Shown here one piece after another: positions 39,535-48,012 of a DNA stretch of 64,000 nucleotides. The DNA comes from Promethearchaeia archaeon (GTDB lineage Archaea > Asgardarchaeota > Lokiarchaeia > Sigyniarchaeales > SOKP01). The position numbers and the translations under genes were made by a program. Under the pieces are notes generated by a model. That model saw only the letters and a program-made list of their open reading frames with translations. It had not been told where the DNA came from and made no database searches. The stretch covers positions 77,885 to 141,884 of the forward strand of contig JAHQWG010000033.1 in NCBI GenBank assembly GCA_029856045.1. Reading direction: 5' to 3'. The first letter of the stretch is position 1; each line of letters opens with the position of its first letter.

Positions 39535-40601
39535 AATTGACCCTTTTTATTTTGATTTTTATATTCTAAATCTTTACGTCGCTTAACTTCATCTCTTTTT
39601 ATTAAAGCCATATAAATACTTTCTAATTGATATGTTTTTGGTGTAAAAAATGAGGTTATTTTTAAATTAGTTTCTTTTATTAAAGTCGTTAATATTTTGT
39701 TTTGAGTATCTTCTTTTCCATCATATAATATTTTGAGCCCTTTAACGGAAGGATCATATAGAATATGATGTTGTTGATTTGTGTAAGTAGAAGCCTCAAC
39801 TAAATAAGATTTTAATTTATCTTCCAACATCGAAAGAATGGAACCTACATATTCAGATTCAATTGGATCTAATAGAAGGCATTTAATCTCATGCATTGGC
39901 AACTTTTTTTCAAGCTCAGATATTTTATCAAATTCTAATAGTATACCACGATTAATAAGAGCGATTTTATCGCAAACTTCAGATATTTCGTATAACATAT
40001 GAGACGCAAGAAATATTGTTTTCCCATTCTTCTGAAGATCCTTAAGAATATTTCTAATATCTACGCGTGCTTTTGGATCTAACCCAATTTGGGGTTCATC
40101 TAATACAACTATTTGCGGATCATGAATTAAGGCTTGAGCTAAACCTAATTTTTGTTTCATTCCTTTTGAAAAAATTTTCACCTTTTGATGTTTCCACTCG
40201 AATAAATCAATCAGTTGTAGTACTTCATCAATTCTAGATTCGACCATATTTTTAGGGTAATTTTGTAATTTTGCAAAATATTTTAGAAGTTCATAAGCAG
40301 TTATACCCTCATAAAAACTAGGAATATCAATAAGAAATCCGCTTTTATTTAGAATATTTGGATTAGTAACAACATCTTGTAATTTATTATTTTTATCTTT
40401 AAGCAAAATCCGCCCTTGAGAAGGAGTTAAAATATTAGCTAGCATTTTTATCGCAGTTGTTTTCCCAGCTCCATTGGGTCCAACTAATCCAATTATCTCA
40501 CCTTCATATACTTCCAAATTTAAATTATCTACAGCTCTAATTTGACCAAAATCTTTAGTCAGATTTTCAAATTTGATTAAAGGAATTTCACTAATTGTCA
40601 T
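39531..40601 (-). CDS. ABC transporter ATP-binding protein
   Basis: GPNGAGKTT, FSKGMKQ, LDEP, SH. Confidence 0.95.
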   Translation of the reverse strand: MTISEIPLIKFENLTKDFGQIRAVDNLNLEVYEGEIIGLVGPNGAGKTTAIKMLANILTPSQGRILLKDKNNKLQDVVTNPNILNKSGFLIDIPSFYEGITAYELLKYFAKLQNYPKNMVESRIDEVLQLIDLFEWKHQKVKIFSKGMKQKLGLAQALIHDPQIVVLDEPQIGLDPKARVDIRNILKDLQKNGKTIFLASHMLYEISEVCDKIALINRGILLEFDKISELEKKLPMHEIKCLLLDPIESEYVGSILSMLEDKLKSYLVEASTYTNQQHHILYDPSVKGLKILYDGKEDTQNKILTTLIKETNLKITSFFTPKTYQLESIYMALIKRDEVKRRKDLEYKNQNKKGQL

Positions 40602-41449
40602 TAAAACCCTTTTGATTTTATTTTTTCGTTTAAAATTCTATAACGTTTGATTAATATAATAATTGTTGAGAAAATTGTTATAATTATTACACTTATAAGA
40701 GGAAAACTGGGTATAGCAGGAAATGTAATTTCTTTAATTTCAAATCCATCAAAATACATTTTATATGAGATAGATTCAAATGGGTATTGAAAATTTTTTC
40801 CTAAATAAATAAAACCAGTATTACTTCCTCCAATAGTATATTCTTGGAAATCTTGGAGATCTTCAAGTGCATAACTTACAGCCCCTATAGAATAATTATT
40901 TATTTCCAAGATTTTAGATTTATCTAAATAAATTAAGATATCATTACTCCAAAATTTAATATTAAAGTAATACCAGGTGTTGTTTATTAATTCAGCTGAG
41001 CTATAAGCACTTGAAAAAGAAGTAAAAGTATAATTATATGAGGCAGAAATAATATTTGTGGTGTTTAACCATAGTTTGAAATCTTTCTCTATTGTAAATA
41101 TGTTTGGGTCGTGAATGTATACTATATCAACTGGGGTAATAGAGTTAATTGATTCAAAGAAGAACCAAAAATTTATCTCTTTCTCAAATAAACTGTGATT
41201 GTAATCAAAAATTGCATATGACAAATTATCATCAATATCTTTTGAAACATTTAAAGAATTTTGTCCCGAATTTTTATATTCTTCTGTTATGCTACAATTC
41301 GATAAAGTCCAGTCATCTGGGATCGTTTCAAAATCTTGATAATAGGGAATATAATTAAAGAAATGATTAATTAATGTTGCCATAAAAAGGGTTGAAATGA
41401 AACTAATTAATGTAATGACAATTAAGATTTTAGTTGTTTTTCTTTTCAT
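40601..41449 (-). CDS. Cell-surface ConA/LamG-like protein with C-terminal IPSF-TM-basic sorting signal
   Basis: N-terminal signal; NNTWYYF.I...IYLD...YFDGF; tail IPSFPL-hydrophobic-KRYR. Confidence 0.6.
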   Translation of the reverse strand: MKRKTTKILIVITLISFISTLFMATLINHFFNYIPYYQDFETIPDDWTLSNCSITEEYKNSGQNSLNVSKDIDDNLSYAIFDYNHSLFEKEINFWFFFESINSITPVDIVYIHDPNIFTIEKDFKLWLNTTNIISASYNYTFTSFSSAYSSAELINNTWYYFNIKFWSNDILIYLDKSKILEINNYSIGAVSYALEDLQDFQEYTIGGSNTGFIYLGKNFQYPFESISYKMYFDGFEIKEITFPAIPSFPLISVIIITIFSTIIILIKRYRILNEKIKSKGF

Positions 41450-41599
41450 GTAAAAATCATTTTTATTTTCAGATATTCTAAGTTAATATTAGGTAATAAT
41501 TTATTTTAATAATTATTAAATTTAAAGATTCTAATACAAAATAAAGATTTTATAAATTAATATAGTAATTTCCATTTTAATAAAAAAAAAGATGATATT

Positions 41600-43078
41600 T
41601 TGACAAAGACTTACGAAGAAATCAATAAAAAAATTGAAAATGGTGAAGCAGTTGTAGTCACTGCTGAGGAGATGATCAATATTGTTGAACAAAAAGGCAT
41701 TAAAGTAGCTGCAGAGGAAATCGATGTAGTTACAACGGGAACATTTGGTGCGATGTGTTCCAGTGGGGCTTTTCTAAATTTTGGAGATTCAGATCCTCCT
41801 ATCAAATTTGAACACTTATGGTTGAATGGTGTTCATGCATACCATGGAAATGCTGCAGTTGATTGCTATATCGGTGTAACCCGCATGAATGATAAGAGTC
41901 CATTCGAATATGGTGGTGGGCATGTGATTGAAGATTTAGTTAGTGAAAAACCAATTCATTTAAGAGGGACATCTTATACTACTGATTGCTATCCAAAAGA
42001 AGAAGTTGACACATATATTACTTTAGATGATTTAAATCAAGCGATATTATGTAATCCACGAAACGCCTATCAGAGGTATAATTGTGCAGTAAATAGTTCA
42101 AATCGTACCTTATATACATATATGGGTAAACTTCTACCAAATTTTGGAAACGCTACGTTTTCTGGTGCTGGATGTTTAAATCCTTTATGTAATGATCCTG
42201 ACTATGAGACTATTGGAATTGGAACAAGAATTTTTTTAGGGGGAGGTATTGGATACGTTATTGGTGAAGGAACTCAGCATAATCCAACAAAAAGGCTAGG
42301 ATCCTTATTTGTTAAAGGTAATCTGAAGCAAATGAGCGCGAATTATTTGAAAGGAGTTAATTTCGAAAAATATGGAACTAGTATTTATATTGGTTTGGGA
42401 ATTCCAATTCCGATTTTAAATGAAAATATGGCGAGAAAAACTTCAATTAAAGATGAAGATATTAAGACAGAAATTGTAGATTATGGCATCCCAAGAAGAA
42501 AAAAACCAGTGTTAAAGGAGGTAAATTATAAAGAATTAAAAAGCGGAACCATCGAAATAAAAGGTAAGAAAGTTAAAGTGTCTTCACTTTCATCCTTATT
42601 TATGGCAAGAAAGATTGCAAATGAATTAAAAATTTGGATTGAAAAGGGAAAATTTTTCTTGAATCCACCTGCTGAAAGACTTCCAAGAGAAACGGTATTT
42701 AAACCAATGAAAGAAGTAAAAACACAAAAATTTGTAAAAGATATCAAAAAACAGGCTATAATATGCCATTTAAATGATAGTATTAATAACGTTGCAAGGA
42801 AAATTATTGAAGAAAATGAAAATCATGTTGCAATAATTGATGATGATGGTATTTTAAAGGGAATAGTTACAAGTTTTGATATCACTCGTGCTATTGCTGA
42901 AAATAAAAAAGTTTTATCAGAAATTATCACAAAAAAAGTAATTACTACCACAGATGATGAACCTATCGATATTGCTGCAAGAAAAATGAGAGTTAATAAT
43001 ATCAACGGACTTCCAGTAATTGATAAATATATGAGAGTAATTGGATTAATAACTTCGGAGGAATTATTGTTAAAATGA
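41600..43078 (+). CDS. Homocysteine biosynthesis protein (DUF39 plus CBS; L-aspartate semialdehyde sulfurtransferase, MA1821-like)
   Basis: DVVTTGTFGAMCSSG, YGGGHVIEDL, NPRNAYQ, LYTYMG; C-terminal CBS pair. Confidence 0.92.
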   Translation: MTKTYEEINKKIENGEAVVVTAEEMINIVEQKGIKVAAEEIDVVTTGTFGAMCSSGAFLNFGDSDPPIKFEHLWLNGVHAYHGNAAVDCYIGVTRMNDKSPFEYGGGHVIEDLVSEKPIHLRGTSYTTDCYPKEEVDTYITLDDLNQAILCNPRNAYQRYNCAVNSSNRTLYTYMGKLLPNFGNATFSGAGCLNPLCNDPDYETIGIGTRIFLGGGIGYVIGEGTQHNPTKRLGSLFVKGNLKQMSANYLKGVNFEKYGTSIYIGLGIPIPILNENMARKTSIKDEDIKTEIVDYGIPRRKKPVLKEVNYKELKSGTIEIKGKKVKVSSLSSLFMARKIANELKIWIEKGKFFLNPPAERLPRETVFKPMKEVKTQKFVKDIKKQAIICHLNDSINNVARKIIEENENHVAIIDDDGILKGIVTSFDITRAIAENKKVLSEIITKKVITTTDDEPIDIAARKMRVNNINGLPVIDKYMRVIGLITSEELLLK

Positions 43079-43470
43079 CAATTATAAATATTAACATTCC
43101 AGTTAGAATAATTGACAGCATTAAGGATTATGCTAAAATAATCCAAGATGTTGTGAAAATGAACATTTCTTTTGATATTCTTAAATTTTCCACGACACCA
43201 AAAGGAATAACTTTAATAATTGATGTTCCTTCTGAAAAAGTGAGCCAAATTAATGAAGCTTTCAAAAAGGAAGGAATTATTGTAGAAAGAAAGAGTACAG
43301 TTTGTGTAGATAATGAGCTTTGTATTGATTGCGGTGCCTGCATCTCATTATGTCCTACTGGAGCACTTCATTTAAAAAATAATGATGAGTTAGAATTTAC
43401 TAAGGAAAAATGTATAGGATGTTTGATTTGCCTTGATTCTTGTCCAAGAAGCGCAATTAAAGAAACTTAA
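43075..43470 (+). CDS. NIL-domain ferredoxin (MA1822-like partner)
   Basis: CIDCGACISLCP and CIGCLICLDSCP; ATGA overlap with the DUF39 gene. Confidence 0.85.
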   Translation: MTIININIPVRIIDSIKDYAKIIQDVVKMNISFDILKFSTTPKGITLIIDVPSEKVSQINEAFKKEGIIVERKSTVCVDNELCIDCGACISLCPTGALHLKNNDELEFTKEKCIGCLICLDSCPRSAIKET

Positions 43471-43552
43471 AATTTTTATCTCTTGCTTAATTATATTATT
43501 TAATTATTTGATTTTGTTCGATTTAATTTTAGAATAAGAATAGGGAATTACT

Positions 43553-44332
43553 ATTTATAAAAAAATAATTTGTTTTGCAGGAAAGGGTGGTGTAGGAAAA
43601 TCTACTCTTGCTGTTCTTTTTTTAAAATATTTAATCTCTAAGTTTCCAAAACAAAAAAACCTTATGATAGATGCAGATCCTGATGCTAATATCTCAGATC
43701 TGATAAATAAACAAATTAGTTTTAGAGATACGATTGCTGGAATAATTACAGAATTAGGTAGAAAATTAGAAAGAAAAGAAATACCTCCATATTTGTCGGA
43801 AAAATCTTTAGTAGAGGAAGAAGTATTTAGACATATTATTCCATTTAATAACTTCGATCTCATAACATTGGGGAGATCAGAAGGAGAGGGTTGTTATTGC
43901 TCTATTAACAATATTCTAAAACATCTGATGAAGATTTTAGCTGAAAATTATAAAATTACTATTATTGACTCTCCTGCTGGTTTAGAATTTTTCGCGAGAA
44001 AAATTTCTGTAAATGTAGATGATTTGATTTTAGTTACTGACCCAAGTAAAATGAGTTTTCACACATTACAGAGAGTTATTGAAGTGAAAGATGAAGTTAG
44101 TCTAGAATTTAAAAATATATGGGTCTTGGGTAATCGATTTAATGGAAAAATCAAAAACCTATTCATAGAAAGGTTTGAAAAAAATTTAGGGAATCACATG
44201 AAATTGCTCGGCTTTTTTAGTAATAGCGATGAAATTCAAGAATTTAACTTAAATAATAAATCTTTACTTGAACTACCAGAAAATAGTTTTGCGTATAAAG
44301 AAGCTATTAAAATATATTCCAAGATTTTTTAA
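43553..44332 (+). CDS. CooC/AcsF-type nickel-insertion ATPase (start at ATT inferred)
   Basis: In-frame upstream extension carries the Walker A motif GKGGVGKST; also IDADP, GEGCYC and DSPAGLE. Confidence 0.88.
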   Translation: MYKKIICFAGKGGVGKSTLAVLFLKYLISKFPKQKNLMIDADPDANISDLINKQISFRDTIAGIITELGRKLERKEIPPYLSEKSLVEEEVFRHIIPFNNFDLITLGRSEGEGCYCSINNILKHLMKILAENYKITIIDSPAGLEFFARKISVNVDDLILVTDPSKMSFHTLQRVIEVKDEVSLEFKNIWVLGNRFNGKIKNLFIERFEKNLGNHMKLLGFFSNSDEIQEFNLNNKSLLELPENSFAYKEAIKIYSKIF

Positions 44333-44409
44333 TTTATTTTAACATTTTAAAATCCTTTTTTGACTTCTCGATAAATAATATAATTGAAATAAAATACTAC
44401 TCTATTTTA

Positions 44410-44832
44410 TTAAACGATTTCAGGAAGAATTGCATTATTTGGACAATTTTTAAAGCATTTTAAGCAATTAAAGCATTTAGAGACGGACTGTTTTTTAAAG
44501 CCAATTGATTCTTCTCCAGTTAAATCATCTTTTTTGAGGTAAAATAAATTTTGAAAACAGAAATCAGTCTCAAGACAGAGTTTGCATAATGTGCATTTAT
44601 CTGAATTAATATTAAAGCCAATTAAATGACCTTGTTTAATTGAGATGACTTCAATAGCACCATGTTCGCAGATGTCTACACATTTTAAGCAGCCTTTGCA
44701 TTTGTTATAATCTACATATCGCAGTGAATTATTAAAAAAAATGGCCTTAGATGGGCATCTTAATTCACACCGTTCACATCGAACACACAAATTTGAATTA
44801 GTGCTAATTGGAAATAATTTTTCATCTTCCAT
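44410..44832 (-). CDS. Polyferredoxin (4 x CxxCxxC)
   Basis: CVRCERC, CKGCLKC, CTLCKLC, CFNCLKC. Confidence 0.88.
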   Translation of the reverse strand: MEDEKLFPISTNSNLCVRCERCELRCPSKAIFFNNSLRYVDYNKCKGCLKCVDICEHGAIEVISIKQGHLIGFNINSDKCTLCKLCLETDFCFQNLFYLKKDDLTGEESIGFKKQSVSKCFNCLKCFKNCPNNAILPEIV

Positions 44833-44896
44833 TTTAATTAAATTTAAATGTTTAAGTTGTCTTCATAAATAATTTAACTTCATTTAATAAATAATT

Positions 44897-45871
44897 TTAT
44901 ACTTTTAGTTCCTCAAGAAGAGAGCCAAAAGTCAATTGGCAATATTTATCACATTCATATCCCATAAGAAGCCCAATTACTTCATTAATATGAACTGCTG
45001 GGATTGTTAGTGCTTCACCAAAAAGATCTTTCATTTCATCCCTAAATTTATTAAGCGTGTACAGACAGGTAGGACAATTGGTAATAAGAATATCCGATTT
45101 CACCATTTCTGCACTTTTTAATTTATTAAAGGTTATTTGTAATGATTTTTCTCTATGTATTACATTTTGCGATGCGCCCCACCCGCAGCAAGAATCTCGT
45201 TCTTGATACTCTATTGGCGTCCCTCCTAAAGTTTCTATTAAGTCTTCTAATTTATGTTTTGGTGCTATAAAACTTATATCGTTTTTTTTATCTAATTTTA
45301 AATTACTATAATGGCAGCCATAATGAACCGTACATTTTAAACCATTCAATGAATATTTTAAATGGTCTCCAATATGTTCTCTTATTAAATGCAAAAAATC
45401 GAGTACATGTATAATTTTTAAATTAGGATTAATCGAGATTTTTTGATTGAATTTTTTTAATATAATTGCTGTCTTTTCTCTTACTTCTTTTGTCCTAAGA
45501 AATTTACGACCTCTTAGTAAAGAATTATTGCATCCATTGCAGGAAACAATTAAAATATCGGCTATTTTATCTATTGCAGCAATATTTCTTTCATTAATCG
45601 CGGCAAATTGAGATCTTGTTATTAAATTTCTTTGAAAAAAAGTGCCAGAACAACAAGATTGCTCTGGGCTAGTGACTACATTTAAACCAAAATCTTCTAA
45701 CATCAATTTTAGGCAATTTCTGACTCCCGGATAGTAATATTCCAAACATGCTTTAAATAAACAAATTGTTTTATCTTTAAAAAATTCTAAAGGATTATCT
45801 CCATACTGTTTTAGAATCTCATCAGGATCTAATACAACTGAATCAACATAATCTTTCATATTTATTAGCAA
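44897..45871 (-). CDS. hdrB: Heterodisulfide reductase subunit B-like protein
   Basis: CCG domains: SCCSG, CNGC, HYGCH, CCG, CPTC. Confidence 0.88.
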   Translation of the reverse strand: MLINMKDYVDSVVLDPDEILKQYGDNPLEFFKDKTICLFKACLEYYYPGVRNCLKLMLEDFGLNVVTSPEQSCCSGTFFQRNLITRSQFAAINERNIAAIDKIADILIVSCNGCNNSLLRGRKFLRTKEVREKTAIILKKFNQKISINPNLKIIHVLDFLHLIREHIGDHLKYSLNGLKCTVHYGCHYSNLKLDKKNDISFIAPKHKLEDLIETLGGTPIEYQERDSCCGWGASQNVIHREKSLQITFNKLKSAEMVKSDILITNCPTCLYTLNKFRDEMKDLFGEALTIPAVHINEVIGLLMGYECDKYCQLTFGSLLEELKV

Positions 45872-45886
45872 TACTCCTCTCTTTTA

Positions 45887-46381
45887 TTATTCCATTCCAA
45901 TATCTTTCTTACTTGCTTTATAAAGATATTGTATTCTAGCAAATTCACAAATTTTATCTATTTCCTTTATTCTCTCCTGTTTTAAATCTGATTCTTTCAT
46001 GACAGTTCCATTTTCTAAAAAGTTCTTGCACATATTAATATATCTTGTTAATTGAGGTATTGCATATCCTTTTTTAAATGCTTCATTTCTTAGGGATAAA
46101 ATGAATAAAGGTATATTAATTCCTTCTTTAGGACATATCCTTGAACACTTATTACATAAGAAACAATACCATATGTCCTCTTCTCTTAAAATTGTCTCAT
46201 CTCCAGTTAAAACTCTTTCAACTATTTTCCGAATATTAAAATCCGAGATTTTACTCGCTGGACAATCACCGACGCATTTCCCACAACTAATACATTGAAT
46301 TATATTCCAATTTTCTTCGACATCTTTAACTATTCGATTAAAAAAGTTCCAATTATATTTTGATTCGTTTTTGGTAGCCAT
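45887..46381 (-). CDS. hdrC: Heterodisulfide reductase subunit C-like protein
   Basis: CISCGKCVGDCP, IWYCFLCNKCSRICP; adjacent to hdrB. Confidence 0.88.
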   Translation of the reverse strand: MATKNESKYNWNFFNRIVKDVEENWNIIQCISCGKCVGDCPASKISDFNIRKIVERVLTGDETILREEDIWYCFLCNKCSRICPKEGINIPLFILSLRNEAFKKGYAIPQLTRYINMCKNFLENGTVMKESDLKQERIKEIDKICEFARIQYLYKASKKDIGME

Positions 46382-46631
46382 CTTTAATGATTTCTTCCAA
46401 ATTTTTTATTTCTTAAATTATCTCAATTCTCTATATATTAAAATGAATAAAAAAGTTATTTTATTTAATTTATAAGCTTATTTTCAAGTTGAATAACTTT
46501 TTTTATTTTCAATATCCCTTTACTTCTTTAATTTATCTTAGGATTTTTTTCTCAAAAGGTTAATGTTTAATTGAATTTAAAAAAATGAAAAAAAAATATA
46601 ATTAGTTCTACATCATTTTCATAGAGAAAAA

Positions 46632-46868
46632 ATGAGAGATATAATAGTTTCAGTGCCAGATGAAATATTTAGAAGAATGAAAAAATATCCCAAAATTGAT
46701 TGGGGTTCTGTAACTCTTTATGTAGTTGAAAACTATCTTGAGAATTTACAAATTTCAGATAAAATCCCTTCAAAAAGTACTCTTACAATGGAAGATACTG
46801 AAATAATTGGAGATGGGTTGAAAAAAAGAAGTTGGGAAATATATAAAAAGTATCTAAAACAATTTTAA
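46632..46868 (+). CDS. Small RHH antitoxin-like protein (no adjacent toxin)
   Basis: IIVSVPDEIFRRMKKYPKIDW. Confidence 0.65.
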   Translation: MRDIIVSVPDEIFRRMKKYPKIDWGSVTLYVVENYLENLQISDKIPSKSTLTMEDTEIIGDGLKKRSWEIYKKYLKQF

Positions 46869-46913
46869 AAATGAATTTGAAGTAATTTACGATAGTATAA
46901 TACTTTAAAAGAA

Positions 46914-47960
46914 TTATTTTTCTAAATCTTTAAAATAGGGTATAATTTTGTCTCTAAAGATTTCATAGACTTTGTTCACATCTGGTCCTCGATTCATAAT
47001 TGTCAAATGTGTTGCACCGGCGTCTTTATATTTCTCTATACTCGCAATAACATCATCTGTTGTACCTAAACAGTTAAAATCTTGGAGGATGGTTTCGGGT
47101 AGTTTGTCTACATATTTTAATTGCTCCATTGCGCCTTCACTGCTCATTACAAAATTATGAATGGTTAGATCACCAGATAAATTTATATTTGGATAAGCTT
47201 CGTTAACAATTGAAGTATTGAGTAGATATGTCCCTCTAAAAAATTCACACCTTTTAATAGCATTTTCTGGATTTTTATCATCTATTGCCACAAAGCAGTC
47301 ATATACATAATCAATTTCTGAAGGATCCCGACCAGCTTTCTTTGCAGCATCAGCTACTCTCTCTCGATTTTTTTTATATACCCAAGGAGGTTGATAAAGT
47401 GGATACCATCCATCTCCTAATTCTCCAGTCAATTGACGAGTTTTTGGCCCATTGCCAGCAATGTAAATTGGTGGGCTTTTTTGAACAGGTTTTATTTGAA
47501 TATAAGCCTTTTTCATTTCTCCCCAGAATTCACTTTTTGCATTAACTTTTCTCTTAGTCCAAAAATCTCTCATTAGAATTATATATTCTCTTAATTTAGT
47601 AAGAGATCTTTTCCGATTCATTCCGTACATATCAATATTCATCGCTTCACCAGCTCCAACACCAAACATAGCTCTACCATTGCTAATATGGTCTAAGGTG
47701 GCTACTTTATGCGCCATTAGAGCAGGATGGAACCGATGACAATCAGAAACTCCAGTACATAATGAAACCTTATTCGTTATCATTGCTAATGCCGATAAAA
47801 AACTAAAAGCATCAAAGCAAAGACCTGGTCCGGGTGGCAACATAACTGTGTGATCTGCATAAAAAACGGAATTAAAGCCACACTTCTCAGCTTTCTCTGT
47901 CCCGTTAAACATATATTCAATGCGTGGTGTAGGTACAGGTATATGAAATCCAAACTTCAT
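46914..47960 (-). CDS. LLM-class (probably F420-dependent) oxidoreductase
   Basis: YADH, HPALMA, LDHISNGRAMFGVGAGE, GDGWYP. Confidence 0.92.
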   Translation of the reverse strand: MKFGFHIPVPTPRIEYMFNGTEKAEKCGFNSVFYADHTVMLPPGPGLCFDAFSFLSALAMITNKVSLCTGVSDCHRFHPALMAHKVATLDHISNGRAMFGVGAGEAMNIDMYGMNRKRSLTKLREYIILMRDFWTKRKVNAKSEFWGEMKKAYIQIKPVQKSPPIYIAGNGPKTRQLTGELGDGWYPLYQPPWVYKKNRERVADAAKKAGRDPSEIDYVYDCFVAIDDKNPENAIKRCEFFRGTYLLNTSIVNEAYPNINLSGDLTIHNFVMSSEGAMEQLKYVDKLPETILQDFNCLGTTDDVIASIEKYKDAGATHLTIMNRGPDVNKVYEIFRDKIIPYFKDLEK

Positions 47961-48012
47961 ATTTCTTAAAAATTACCTAAACCTATTAAAAATTTTTATT
48001 TAAAAATAGAAA

